64,000 nucleotides of DNA. Source: a virus. The stretch spans positions 1 to 64,000 of IMG/VR virus record IMGVR_UViG_3300037200_000120. One strand, given 5' to 3'. Under the pieces are notes generated by a model. That model ran no database searches. It was not told where the DNA came from and was given only the letters and a program-made list of their open reading frames with translations. Below, in pieces: positions 36,472 to 47,600 of this stretch. Position numbers and translations under genes: made by a program. Positions within the stretch are counted from its first letter, which is position 1, and each line of letters begins with the position of its first letter.

Positions 36472-39416
36472 GGCAACATCCCTTGCGTGCCGGAAACCGA
36501 GGCTGTCGGGGGAGTGACGTTGCCGGCGTTGACCGGGAACAGCCTCCTTGCGAAGATTCCGCAATCGGTCTCTATTTCGATTGTGAACATTTGCCCTGGA
36601 TTGTTGTTTGTGGCATGAAATATCCATAGGCCGCTGAGCACGCGGCCGACCGGCAGATACGAAGACCCCCCGCCGCCAACCGTTATGCCGTCGGAGCCAG
36701 TCTTTCCTGCGAAAGACCCCTGCGTTATGACACGCTGGCCGCCCGTGCCTATCTGTAGGGTAACGATCGTCCCGCCGCTGTCGGCGGCATAGTTCGAGGC
36801 TGAGTTGTAGGTAGGGAAGGTAAGCTGAATTGTCGCCGAACTGTTGCTCCCCAACTGGGTCGGCGTCACCGTGATTTTTGTAATGCTTCCGTACAGCTCT
36901 GCGGTGAATTCATTGACGGCCGCATAATTCCCGGCAAACTCATAAATCCGGTATTCCCAGAACTTCTTGCCCTTCTTGTAGGCGTACGATGCGCTGCGGA
37001 CTCGGTCGCTTTCGGTGCAGTCGATGAAATCGTAACCCGCGTCCGCGAACGTCGCCATATTCGCTTTCAGCGGGAACGAAAAACCAGTCGTCCCGCCGAT
37101 ATTCCCGCTCGAGGCGGACATGACATCGCCTGTGAGATAGCCGCCGGAGCCAAAGTTTGTAATGCTGACGCCGGCCACGCCGCCGCCGGCGCCCACCGTA
37201 ATGGTGGCAATCATCCCGGACCCGGAGCCGCCTGTCAGCGCGACGCTGGTATAGGAGCCCGGCGTGCCGCCCGACCCTCCCGTCAAGGTTCCAGGCAGCA
37301 GCGTCCATTGCGGAACCGTCACGTAGCCCGACAGCGACGTGGTGACATAGAGATAGGTCGAATCTTCGGTCACGCTGAGAATGACGCCGGTCCCCGCATC
37401 GCCGACGAAGACGCCGCTCGGACCAAACAGGGTGAGCGTCTGCCCGGGAACCGCGCCGAACAGACCCGCCCCGGTGCCTGCGGATTTCAGGACGCTGAAT
37501 ATCCCGTTGGCGAAACTGAGGTTCGTACCGTCGATCGATCTCGTGACGATCGCGTCGAGCAGCGTCACTGAAAATTGCGTATTGAAGATGCGACAGGCGT
37601 TGAAAATCGCCTCGCTGCGAAAGCCGGCGCCACCCGTTGCGGTGAGCTGGCCGATGTCGCAATTGCGTGCGTAGAAGGTCTTGCACGCCCCGAGTTGCAG
37701 CGTGCCGCTGACCTTGTAGTCGGCCAGGCTGACCCGATCCTGCGAAGCGCTCGCAAAGACCAGCGACGTTCCGCTCAGGTATTCTCCGCCACGATACTCG
37801 ACGGAGCCGAGCAGCTTGTCGGTTTCGGCCACCTGTAAATTTTTGGGGTCCTCGTGAATGACATGGTCTGACATCGTCTCCGAGAAACCGACGCCCTTGA
37901 AATTGACGGTTTTGATCCGCCGCAAGGCCATGTAAAACCAATATTGGACGGCGTAAAGCGGACAGCCGACAAAGAGGTCGTAGTATTCGTGATCGCAATC
38001 CCACTCGACGGTCGTAAAAGTGACCGAGGTTGGGGTCGGCGCCTGAACATTGCCTAGATTGAGAGTGTAGGTGTACGGCCCCGTCGTCGTTGCCCACACG
38101 CGGCCCTTCCCGCAGGGAGTGAATCCGGCTCCAGCCGCGGCCCAATCCGGGAAGTCGGGGCGATGCTGATAGCGGATCGTCTGGTCGGTGGTCGCGATGG
38201 CCGTTGCCGCGAGCGTGCCGCCGGAAAGGGTCAGCGAGCCTAGGCCTGGGGTCGCCGCCAGATTGATGACCGTTCCCGCCGATGCGATCGAGGAGATTGC
38301 CCAGCTTCCATTGACGCTCCCGCCGGTTATCCCGCTGACGGTGACGAAAATCCCGTTCAGCGAAACGCCGACGCCAGCGCCGAACGGAGCGGAGGCGAAG
38401 GTCAGCGATAGGACGCCGGTCGACGACGTGTAGGTTGCCGTCGCCGCGAGCGTGCCGGCGTACGAGTTGACTGCAGTGACGAGCACATATTCGTGCTGCT
38501 GAACATTGATCGGAAAACCGCCATATTGGATGTCGAGCGAGCCCAGCATGTACCAACTGCCAGCCGTGACATTGGTGTAGTCAGAGGCGGTTACGAACGA
38601 AAATCCCTTCGCCCCGACCGTTGTTTGTTGGATGAACCAGTTTTGACCGACGGATGCTGCGTTGAATAGCGGAAGAGACAGCGCCCCAAACGGGTTCTGA
38701 TAGTACGCATTGCCGCCGCTTATGCCTGCATTATAAATGTTCTGCCAGAGCGTGCCGTTACTATACCAGCGCAGATACGAAATATTGAATAGGAATCCCT
38801 GGCACTTGGAATGGTCGAAACAATAGGCGTTCCCCGTCGTCGGCTGCGCCTCGACGATAACCTGAATGCCGAGCGAGCTCTGATAGCGCGCCCATGTCGC
38901 CCAATTGTTCAGCGCCGTCGAATTGTCGGTGCCTGGATTGACGATGGTCGGGATGCCGAATGGAATGGCCTGCGTGACGACGCCGTCGCCGAGCGCGCCG
39001 AACCAGTTGATGAATTCCGGGCCGAAATATTGCCGGACCCAACAACCCGAAGCCCCGCTCGTATCTGCGGAAGGCGCAATATTTATGCCCTGGCCGGGAT
39101 CATTGGCGACCGCCGTGGACATATTTGAGTATGTCCAGGCGAAGTACCCAGCCCGACCGCTCGGAGATCCAAGATAACATGTCGCCCCCGCCGCCGGCGC
39201 GGCATTGCCGACGATCGGAAGCGCCTGCATCTGAGCGATGCTGGCGACCGTGAACGAATATTGCGGGGTTGCGGCGGAGGCTAATTTGGTTGCGCCCAGT
39301 CCCGCTACGCCGAAGCCGAGCAGCCCCAGCAGCGAGCGGCGATCCTTCGCGGAGTCGAGCGGAGCTCGCGGTTCGGGATCGGGACGTGGCGCTTTCTTCC
39401 TCCATACAAAGCTCAT
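36468..39416 (-). CDS. Tailspike-like protein with a Tat-like leader
   Basis: GASGCWVRQ..INWFGALGDG...TDNSTALN spike-neck motifs; DRRSLLGLLG leader. Confidence 0.75.
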   Translation of the reverse strand: MSFVWRKKAPRPDPEPRAPLDSAKDRRSLLGLLGFGVAGLGATKLASAATPQYSFTVASIAQMQALPIVGNAAPAAGATCYLGSPSGRAGYFAWTYSNMSTAVANDPGQGINIAPSADTSGASGCWVRQYFGPEFINWFGALGDGVVTQAIPFGIPTIVNPGTDNSTALNNWATWARYQSSLGIQVIVEAQPTTGNAYCFDHSKCQGFLFNISYLRWYSNGTLWQNIYNAGISGGNAYYQNPFGALSLPLFNAASVGQNWFIQQTTVGAKGFSFVTASDYTNVTAGSWYMLGSLDIQYGGFPINVQQHEYVLVTAVNSYAGTLAATATYTSSTGVLSLTFASAPFGAGVGVSLNGIFVTVSGITGGSVNGSWAISSIASAGTVINLAATPGLGSLTLSGGTLAATAIATTDQTIRYQHRPDFPDWAAAGAGFTPCGKGRVWATTTGPYTYTLNLGNVQAPTPTSVTFTTVEWDCDHEYYDLFVGCPLYAVQYWFYMALRRIKTVNFKGVGFSETMSDHVIHEDPKNLQVAETDKLLGSVEYRGGEYLSGTSLVFASASQDRVSLADYKVSGTLQLGACKTFYARNCDIGQLTATGGAGFRSEAIFNACRIFNTQFSVTLLDAIVTRSIDGTNLSFANGIFSVLKSAGTGAGLFGAVPGQTLTLFGPSGVFVGDAGTGVILSVTEDSTYLYVTTSLSGYVTVPQWTLLPGTLTGGSGGTPGSYTSVALTGGSGSGMIATITVGAGGGVAGVSITNFGSGGYLTGDVMSASSGNIGGTTGFSFPLKANMATFADAGYDFIDCTESDRVRSASYAYKKGKKFWEYRIYEFAGNYAAVNEFTAELYGSITKITVTPTQLGSNSSATIQLTFPTYNSASNYAADSGGTIVTLQIGTGGQRVITQGSFAGKTGSDGITVGGGGSSYLPVGRVLSGLWIFHATNNNPGQMFTIEIETDCGIFARRLFPVNAGNVTPPTASVSGTQGMLP

Positions 39417-39438
39417 TGGCGCGCCTCAGTTATGGTGG

Positions 39439-39834
39439 TCATGGCGCACATGCCACGAGGTAAACTAAGCCGAACCCGGTTACGTAGGCTGGGATAAAAA
39501 GCCCAGTCGTCAAGTTGGAGCAGGGGGAATTGCCAAAAGTCTGCGTCCCAAGCCCAGTCGTCGATGAGGGCATTACGAGCGATCCGGATATCGTCACGAC
39601 TCCCGTGAACGTCGGGGAATCCAAGGGAGCGCCCCATGTCGAAAATACGCTGACGTCAGTGTTCCAAAGAGCTTGTTGATCTGCTCCTGTGATCAACCCG
39701 AGATGGTTGGTCCAGGGCAATGCGTTGACTTGCGACTGCAGCGTACTCGGCGGCGTCGATGTCGCTAGCGCCGGCGCCGACAGGCTTACCGAGCACAGCG
39801 CCGCAATCGCGCCGATCGCGCGTTTCAGGATCAT
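39439..39834 (-). CDS. Fibre-associated protein with a signal peptide
   Basis: MILKRAIGAIAALCSVSLSAPALA; APLDSPTFTG fibre motif. Confidence 0.65.
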   Translation of the reverse strand: MILKRAIGAIAALCSVSLSAPALATSTPPSTLQSQVNALPWTNHLGLITGADQQALWNTDVSVFSTWGAPLDSPTFTGVVTISGSLVMPSSTTGLGTQTFGNSPCSNLTTGLFIPAYVTGFGLVYLVACAP

Positions 39835-39863
39835 TCCGAAAATCCTTTGCTCAACCGACGTGG

Positions 39864-40403
39864 TTACGGCGTTTTCTTCTTCGTCACCGGATCGAGCGCG
39901 GCCAGCACGCTCGGCGCGAGCGTGGCGACCTTCAGTTCTTCCCGGGTAAGTAGCGTGATGACGATCTTGAAAGGCTTTTTCATGAGATCGTCAGAATAGT
40001 CGCCGACAGCGAGATCCCACTTTTTCTGCTGGTTTTTCATTTCTGGCGTAGGATCAACTCCCGACGATGGAGTCGGCCGATCCCCGATGTTTCGCATGAA
40101 CGCCTTCGCCTTGGCCTGTTCGTCGTCGATAATGACCTTGAACGCGATTTCATCGTCGGCAATAGCCTCTCGCGTCGGTTCGGCAAAATCGTAGGGCTGC
40201 GGAACGGCTCTCGATTTGCCCCCTTCCTCGATGATTTTCTGATAGCCGTCGAGGGCCGCGAGGCCTTGATAGGCGGACACAATTTGGGCGTAGGTCAGTT
40301 CCGTCGACTTGTCGGGGACCATGGGCGAGGGAGTCGCGGCCTGCGCGAACGCAAGCGCGGGGAGAGCGCAGCACAATGCAGCGGCGATGACGATCTTCTT
40401 CAT
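39864..40403 (-). CDS. Exported hypothetical protein (possible fibre chaperone)
   Basis: MKKIVIAAALCCALPALAFA-Q. Confidence 0.65.
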   Translation of the reverse strand: MKKIVIAAALCCALPALAFAQAATPSPMVPDKSTELTYAQIVSAYQGLAALDGYQKIIEEGGKSRAVPQPYDFAEPTREAIADDEIAFKVIIDDEQAKAKAFMRNIGDRPTPSSGVDPTPEMKNQQKKWDLAVGDYSDDLMKKPFKIVITLLTREELKVATLAPSVLAALDPVTKKKTP

Positions 40404-40447
40404 TTCTTCAAGATATCCCTTCTTCTTCGCGAAATCGCTAGCAACTA

Positions 40448-42790
40448 TCAGTAAAACGGCACATACCGGAGAAACCCATTCACCCTGATCTGCATACACG
40501 CCGTCGCAGAGCCACCGCCGCAACCGGACGCATTGCCCGTAGATGTTCCGCCGATGCTGATTTGATTGGTCGTGTCGGTCGGCGCGGGATTTCCGCCAAA
40601 CACCGCTCCTCCGTAAAGATTGGATACGCCCGCGACGCTGAGCGCGAACGCGCCGCTCGCCGATATTGTCAGGTCCCCGCTGTTGTCGGTCGTAAATCCG
40701 GGCATGCAGAGCACGCATCCGGTGAAGTTGACCGCCGTAGCGACGATGCCGTTGACGAAATTTCCGCCTGAACTCGTGCCAAAGGTGATGCCGTTGTCTA
40801 CCGTTACCTGATTGTTTATTCCGAGCGCCAGCAGCCTCGAGATATGAACGCCCGGGTCTGGCGATCCATTCGTCCCGCCGTTGATCGCGACGCCGATGCG
40901 CTGTCCGTTCGAGTCGGTCCCGGAACCCGCGTTGGAGTAAACGTCAATTTCTGCGGCTTGAATAGGCGAAGTCGGGTTTACGACATTTGTTTGATCTATG
41001 GCTTGTACGTAAAGGCCCATAGCCCAAGCCATCGACGTCCCTGGGGCTTGCCCGTTCAGGATTTTGATTGCGCTTGCCGACACGCCAATCCCGAGCAATC
41101 CCGTCGAGGCCAAAGTCCCGACATATGTGATGGAACTGACGCCGTATTCGCTGCCCGTCTCGTGGAGACCCGTGCTAGTCTGGAAATAGGCAACGTCGTA
41201 GACGGTGCTGCCTCCCGACGCCGGAGCTATCCTGAGCACCTGGAGAGGGGTGTAGCTGGCGGCATAGTTCGTAGGGGCCGAATATATTTCCCAACCGCAA
41301 GTGACGAGCGTGGAGCAACCGCTCATATCCAGGCCAGGGCTGCCGGCGCCAGCAACGTTGTTGGACAGACCCGGAAGTCCGGGCGTCGCGAAAGAATATG
41401 GTGCAGTTACTAGTCCGTTGGCGTTTGCGGTCAGGACCGTCGCACCGTTGGCGAACGACAGGGAGAAGCTGTTCGAGTTCGATCCCAAACTGACGAAATT
41501 GTACACGAGTTGTACGAGATTGTTGCTGCCTGTTCCCGTGATGCCTAGCCCGAGATATACTGGATGCCCGCCCCCGAGCGTCGGGTCCAGAAAACTTGCG
41601 ATCAGCTCCCCGCCGGCCGCCCCGGCGCTGATTGTCTGTGGAGCGGAGAATATATTGTTGATATTGTCTTCAGTGATCGTTCCCGAATTCGCCGGAAGGA
41701 TGGCGAGCGACGTCCCGAGCGCACCCGTCGCCGGTTGAAGCGCGACATATCCGCTGGTCAGATTTTCGAAAACCAAGTTGCCGGTCTCCGACCCGGCGAT
41801 GCCAAGCGTCACTTCGCCGCCGGGAACAACGACGCTCGTCGCCGTCGATAGCGTTACTGGCCCGACTTGGGCCGAGATCGTGAGGCCCCCGGTCAAGCCG
41901 GTATCGGATTGAACGTATCCGGTCGGCGTTGCGCCGCCATTGGCGTAAAGATAGGAGTTGCAAAAGCTGCACCCGCTCAGGGCCGCAGTGAATATCGCCC
42001 GCGTGGAGCCATTCGAACTGGTTCCGGAATTCTGGGCCTGGAAATTATTTTCAAACCCCGTATTGGCGGAGGTCCAAATAGTGTTCTCATTCCCCCCTGT
42101 CGCGAATGCCCCGCCGACGCCGGCGGGAATGGTCGTCGTGAGCCCGGGGACGCCGCCGGCGGAGGTCGCCAGGATGCTATTCGCCGTGGTCGTCAGCGGC
42201 GAAATCGTATTGCCGCCCACCGCATAGAAGCCTAGATTGTTGGCGAGACCGGTCGCGACCGTCCCACTGCCGCCACCGCCTCCGCCGCAAGCCCCGCCGG
42301 AATCGATCAGGCCGCCGCTGCCGTCGATCTGCGGGCAATGGCCGGATACGAGCGCTCCATCGGCCGTGAGGAAGGCATGTGTGTTGCCGGAGATCGTCCC
42401 CGCCGTGACCGCGCCTGAGCCGTTGCCGAGCAGGGGACCGCTGAGGCCGGAAAATACCGCGCCCGTGATCGTCGGACTCTGGATCGTCAGCCCGATCGGA
42501 AGCGTGGGCGAGCAAAAAGTCGGGCCGGCGCCGGCGCCCTGAACGAGGCCGGTGCAGGGGAAGATCGGCATTTGAAGGAAGACGTTGACGTCAGCCTGCG
42601 TCGCCGAACTGGCGATCATATTGCTGGTCAGGGCATTGAGCGACTGAGGGGTGATGGCTCCCGAAACGTTGGGAAAGATCGTACTGTTGTTCTGAATGAG
42701 GAGTTGCGAACGCGTTTCCGAGGTCTGCGCCGAAGCGCCCCCGAGAAGTCCCAGCAGACAGCAAGCCGCGAGAAGCCCGCGACGGAACAT
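40448..42790 (-). CDS. Tail-fibre-like protein with a signal peptide
   Basis: 780 aa, Gly/Ser/Thr-rich; GGGGSGTV linker; ends GFLRYVPFY. Confidence 0.75.
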   Translation of the reverse strand: MFRRGLLAACCLLGLLGGASAQTSETRSQLLIQNNSTIFPNVSGAITPQSLNALTSNMIASSATQADVNVFLQMPIFPCTGLVQGAGAGPTFCSPTLPIGLTIQSPTITGAVFSGLSGPLLGNGSGAVTAGTISGNTHAFLTADGALVSGHCPQIDGSGGLIDSGGACGGGGGGSGTVATGLANNLGFYAVGGNTISPLTTTANSILATSAGGVPGLTTTIPAGVGGAFATGGNENTIWTSANTGFENNFQAQNSGTSSNGSTRAIFTAALSGCSFCNSYLYANGGATPTGYVQSDTGLTGGLTISAQVGPVTLSTATSVVVPGGEVTLGIAGSETGNLVFENLTSGYVALQPATGALGTSLAILPANSGTITEDNINNIFSAPQTISAGAAGGELIASFLDPTLGGGHPVYLGLGITGTGSNNLVQLVYNFVSLGSNSNSFSLSFANGATVLTANANGLVTAPYSFATPGLPGLSNNVAGAGSPGLDMSGCSTLVTCGWEIYSAPTNYAASYTPLQVLRIAPASGGSTVYDVAYFQTSTGLHETGSEYGVSSITYVGTLASTGLLGIGVSASAIKILNGQAPGTSMAWAMGLYVQAIDQTNVVNPTSPIQAAEIDVYSNAGSGTDSNGQRIGVAINGGTNGSPDPGVHISRLLALGINNQVTVDNGITFGTSSGGNFVNGIVATAVNFTGCVLCMPGFTTDNSGDLTISASGAFALSVAGVSNLYGGAVFGGNPAPTDTTNQISIGGTSTGNASGCGGGSATACMQIRVNGFLRYVPFY

Positions 42791-43212
42791 CAGCGAACCG
42801 CCTTGTGGAATGGGAATCCAACCACGATCTCGGAACGGTCCCTGTCGTTGATGACGCCGACGGGATCGCCGATGATTTTCGAAAGCGCATCCGCAATGGC
42901 GTGGGAAGCGGGGGTATCCGGGCTCAGCCAGATCCCCTCGTGGCCATCGAGCGCGGCTTCCTCGACGGCGGAACCTCCCTTTTCTCGGATCGCATCGGCC
43001 AAGAGATATGGGAAGGCTCCGGAGCCAGGCCCCGCGAGAACGCGATATCCCGTCTTTTCGAACGGAATTGCGCTCAACGCAACCGGATCGGCGTGATAAA
43101 CGGCCGAGACCTGATCGACCGACGGCTTGCCCGACAGACCAAACATGACGCCCGCCAAGGCAATCGCAGCCAGCCCATGCAGCCCGTAATGAACCGGATC
43201 ATGGTTATCCAT
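42790..43212 (-). CDS. Hypothetical membrane-anchored protein
   Basis: TGATG coupling; N-terminal hydrophobic helix. Confidence 0.55.
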   Translation of the reverse strand: MDNHDPVHYGLHGLAAIALAGVMFGLSGKPSVDQVSAVYHADPVALSAIPFEKTGYRVLAGPGSGAFPYLLADAIREKGGSAVEEAALDGHEGIWLSPDTPASHAIADALSKIIGDPVGVINDRDRSEIVVGFPFHKAVR

Positions 43213-43217
43213 TTATT

Positions 43218-44651
43218 TCATCCCCTCACTGCGACGCTCAACGAAGTCCGGCTCCCCTGCGACCCGCCGCCGGACCATACCGGCGCTCCCGCGCTGGTAA
43301 GTCCTAGCAATGTGGCGTAGTGAAAACCCTCAGCCAGACCGCCGAACGCCCGAGAAACTACGGTCGCCATGAACTGGTTTGCGCCTGTCACCGTGCCCTG
43401 CGTATAAGCGTCCTGCGGGGTCGACGTACTGTCGATGCTTATCGCCGTCGCGACCGACATGGCCGTATTTGATTCGACGCTTCCGTTGATCTCTATTTGC
43501 GCCGAATCGCCGCTCCAAACAAGGAATTGGCACCTTATCTCGCTATTCACTTCTGCATACGAACCCGACGTTGTCGAGCGTCCGGCCGTGAAAATGTTGA
43601 TGGCCGCGAGACCGCTTTTGTTGAACCACGACAAAACAAGCTGATTGGCCCCGGAATAGCCCAGGACAGGCCCGGAAGTCGGATACACCATGCCAACAAG
43701 CGAATAGGCGTTGTCGCCGGTCATGATTTCTACGCCGACGTTTCCAGCCGTGGTATCGGTCGCGTGCGCCGTGGTCGAAAAATTCAGCGTCAGGACGCCG
43801 GCGAGCATAAAGGCATAGACGTAATACAGCGTGCTCGCGGTCAAAGCCGTGGCCGCAACCCCATTGACGTACGTGCTGGTTATCGTGGCTGCGACGCCGC
43901 CGGATGGAACGGGATAATCGACCCCTGCGATGGTGAGATAAGCCCCGCCTTTCGGGACGAGAGCTACTGCGGTGGTGCTCGTGGCCGCAAAATGGACTTG
44001 GCCGAAATTCAGCCCCAACAGCCCCGCCGCAGCGCCGGTAGTCGAAGCCTGGAGGGCCGGCCCGATAGCCGGGCTAATTCCCAACGGGGAAGTCAACTGG
44101 AAACCGCCCGCATCGCTGTTCAGCGCCGAAAGCCATATGCTGAAATATGTCGTTCCGACCGTGACTTCGCTGCCGGTCAGAACTTGCGGGCCATCTGGCC
44201 CAGGCTGATAGACCTGAAAGCCGCTGAGCGTCATCGCGCCCGTATTTGTATAGCCCGCCGTCCATTCGAAAATTTGGCCGTTGGAAAACGTCGAGTAGCC
44301 GTTGAGGATTTGCGCGTCTGCGGACCCTGCCGTGGTTCCGGCATTGGTGATACCCGAGATCGCGGCGTCCGCGAAGGGATAGACCGGATCGTAAGTCCAG
44401 ATCAGATCGCCGGCCGAATCCTCGAGGACGACTTTATAGACGATCGTAGGGTCGAGGAAGACATTCCCGATATTGCCTGCCGAATCCAGCGGTAGCGGAT
44501 TCAGATTGTCGATGGATAGGCCGGAATCCTGATAGGTCGGCGTCGGAGTGCTGGTCCCGGTCAGATAAAAACCGAGCGTACCCCCGAAATAGGGCAGTCC
44601 CGTCGCTTGAATCGGCTGCTGAGAGGGGAGGACAAAACGGCTACCGGACAT
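43218..44651 (-). CDS. Tail fibre with an N-terminal head/tail-attachment domain
   Basis: G.PY.GG.L.FY..GTSTP..TYQD......NP..LDSAG...VFL....YKVVL.D attachment motif. Confidence 0.8.
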   Translation of the reverse strand: MSGSRFVLPSQQPIQATGLPYFGGTLGFYLTGTSTPTPTYQDSGLSIDNLNPLPLDSAGNIGNVFLDPTIVYKVVLEDSAGDLIWTYDPVYPFADAAISGITNAGTTAGSADAQILNGYSTFSNGQIFEWTAGYTNTGAMTLSGFQVYQPGPDGPQVLTGSEVTVGTTYFSIWLSALNSDAGGFQLTSPLGISPAIGPALQASTTGAAAGLLGLNFGQVHFAATSTTAVALVPKGGAYLTIAGVDYPVPSGGVAATITSTYVNGVAATALTASTLYYVYAFMLAGVLTLNFSTTAHATDTTAGNVGVEIMTGDNAYSLVGMVYPTSGPVLGYSGANQLVLSWFNKSGLAAINIFTAGRSTTSGSYAEVNSEIRCQFLVWSGDSAQIEINGSVESNTAMSVATAISIDSTSTPQDAYTQGTVTGANQFMATVVSRAFGGLAEGFHYATLLGLTSAGAPVWSGGGSQGSRTSLSVAVRG

Positions 44652-47600
44652 TCGCCGCTCCCTTTCTCGCATCTTGTCTGTTAGAAATCGCCCGGGACGC
44701 CGCTATGGCCGCTACGCGGTTCAATTGCTGAGTGAATTTGATGTCGCGGCTGATCAACTTGGTCGGAGCCGCCTGTTCCAAAGCAGTGCGCGCCATTTCT
44801 GGATAGAGGATCATCTTCTGCATCAGCGCGGAAACGTCATTCATTCCAGCCGCGCGCTTGGCCTGGATCAGTTTCTTCGCCACGGCGGAGCCAGCCCCGA
44901 CGGCGGCGCCAATTGCTTTCGTCATCGGGCCCCCGGGGATTTCTTTTCCGGCGTCGGCGCCGAGCAACATTTCGGCGAACAACGACAAGTGGCCGTGTCT
45001 GCTTTCATTAGCGGTTTTCAGATACTTGACGATATCTTGCGCCGTGGTCGGGCGTCCGGGAAGCCCCTGCTCGTCAGCGAGCGTCGAGACGTGCTTCAGT
45101 TCGGCCGCGACCGCATCGATGCCCTTCAGTTCGTCTTTGTCGAATATCTGCGCCAAGACAGTCCGATTCTGTTTGACGAAATTTTGAAAGACGTCGCCCT
45201 TGACCTTGTCCTTGTTCGAAATCGCTTTGCTTTCGAGGAAATCAGCGACGGCTTTCCTCAAACCATCACGGGCATCGGGATTGTCTTTCACTTCCGCCGC
45301 GAGTTGGCGCATTGCTTGAATGCGATCCGAGCGAGCGAAAAGTTTACCGATTTCGTCAGTGACGCCTTGGGCATCCGAAAGTCCCATGATTTTGCCGAGC
45401 GCGCCCTTCTGATAGGCGTCTAGCGTTGCGGCGCGCATCGCCGTGGCGTCGGCCACGGCTTCGCCCGCTTTCGCTGCGGTCGCGAATTGCTCGGGAGAGC
45501 CGCCGACCTCGCCGAGGGCTCGCAAGGCATCCGAATGGCTCTTGGCCCAAGCGGCATATTTCGCAGGGTCCATCACACCCTTGTCGTCGACTGCGGCTTT
45601 GCGGAGCGAAAGCGCGGCGGCGTCTGACAGGGTTTGGATCGCGTCGACGTCGTTACCCGTCGCGGTGGCGAACGAGCGAACGGCATCGGCGCCACCGGGG
45701 CCCGGCTTCCAAAACTTGCCTCCGAAACCAGAATCAAGGATGCGGAAATCGTCCTTGGCGCCGCGCTCGGCGAGGAAATCGCCGACAGGGCCCTTTTTGA
45801 ACGTGTCGTTCTTTTCTTTCGTGGCTTCCGAAGCGGCCTTGATCCGATCGGCCGCCTCGGCGTCCATATTAGCCTCGAGCGGCGGTTTGGGCTCGCCGAC
45901 AATATATCCGGCTTGCCTGGCATTCTCGATCGATCGCTCGTCCATCGAAACCGGCGCGGTCTTCATGCCGGCGTCGCGCATCGCGGCGAAACGGTTGCGG
46001 CCATCGTCGAAGCCGGTCACGGTTCCATCGGAGAGTCGCTGTACCCCGAGCGAGGGAGCGGCGAAGGTATCGCCGTCTTTCAGCGAACCTAGGAAGTCGG
46101 CCGCGCCTTGCGCTTTGCCTCCCGAGCCTGGAGCGACGTGAAACCCGGTGTCCTTCCAATCCCGATCGACTTTGGCGACATCGACATTAACGACGCGCTC
46201 GCCCTCTTGGGCGGGGCGAGCGGCGGCTAGGACGCGGGCTTGCTGATCAGGCGAAGATAGGCTTTCACTTCCCGCAGCATTTCCAGATCGCACGCTAGGC
46301 GGTACTTCTGTTCCAGAAGCGCCACGAACGCCTTCCGATCGGAGTCCGACATTCCGCGCACCGTCTCCGCCAATGTTGATCCTGGCGTTTTCTGCTGCGG
46401 CTTGCTCGAATCCATGCCTTTCCGCCTCTAGCCGAGCTGCCATCGTGTCTTTGGCACGCATGGCATTCGCTTTGACCGCGACGGATTCTTGCGCGGCCTT
46501 ATGCTCGGCGGCATCGACAATAGCTTGTTCGATAGCCCCACGCAATTGGGTTAGACGAGCCAGGACGGTAGGCGATCCGTTCGGCCCGCGCTGCGCCCGC
46601 ATCTCTTCGGAAACCAGTGAGCGTAGATCGGTGACTTCCTTCAATTTTGAAACCGGGCCGAGGGCTTGAGCTGCATCGAACAGTTTCCGCTCCGAGCCCT
46701 CGATCGGCTTGGCCTTCTTCGCAGTTTCGCTCATGCCGGATTCGATCCGACGTGCGGCGCCGGAAATTGGCGCGGTTCCTAAAGCCAATTTTCCGTCGGG
46801 ATCGATCGCATCCCAAAGCGTTTTTTCCCACGCTTTAGCGCCGGCATGGTTCGCCGCGAGTTGGGTTCGGGCGACATTGCCTATGTCTTCCGGTGCGGCG
46901 GTTCCACCGATTTCGGCGGTTTTGGCTTGCGCATGCGTCGTCGCCTGGCGCTGGACGCCAGCCAAAGCATCGTCGAGTTCGGCCAACTGATCGCGGATAT
47001 GCGCGGAGACAGCCGCAGGATCGCCGGTCGGTTGCAATGCCTTGATGACGCCGACGCGGGCTTCGTTCTGTTGGGCGCGGCGCTCGTTAAACGGGGCTGG
47101 ATTGGCTGTCTCAGCCTCGCGCTCCATGGAGCCGATGCCGCGATCCCCTATCGACTGATAGCTAGTGAGAGGAACGCCGCCAACGCCGGTATCACCGTTT
47201 GTTCGCGAATTTTCCAACGCCTGATTTCGATCAGCAACGCCCTTGACGAAAAGGCGTTGCGCGAGCGCGAGCTTTTGCGGACTGTTGGCGTCGCCTTGGA
47301 ACGGAGCGGCGTAGTCGCGGATGGCGCTGGCGCCCTCTCTCGCCAGCGTGGGCGCTTCGGCCAGCCCAGCGCCGGCAACGCCGCCAACGAGGTTCCCTGC
47401 CAATCTGGCTACGGGCTGCAAAGGCTCGGGGACGACAGCCGCGGCGCCTTCGCCAGTTCCTCCGGATAGGCCCCCAATAGCGGCGTTCGTCGCAGTCTGC
47501 GCTCCACTGGACCCGGACCCAAACGCGCTTTCGAGCGCCTTCGCCGCCATCGGATAGGCGTTCGCCAGTCCAGTCTTTCCGAGTCCAACGACGCCAGCCT

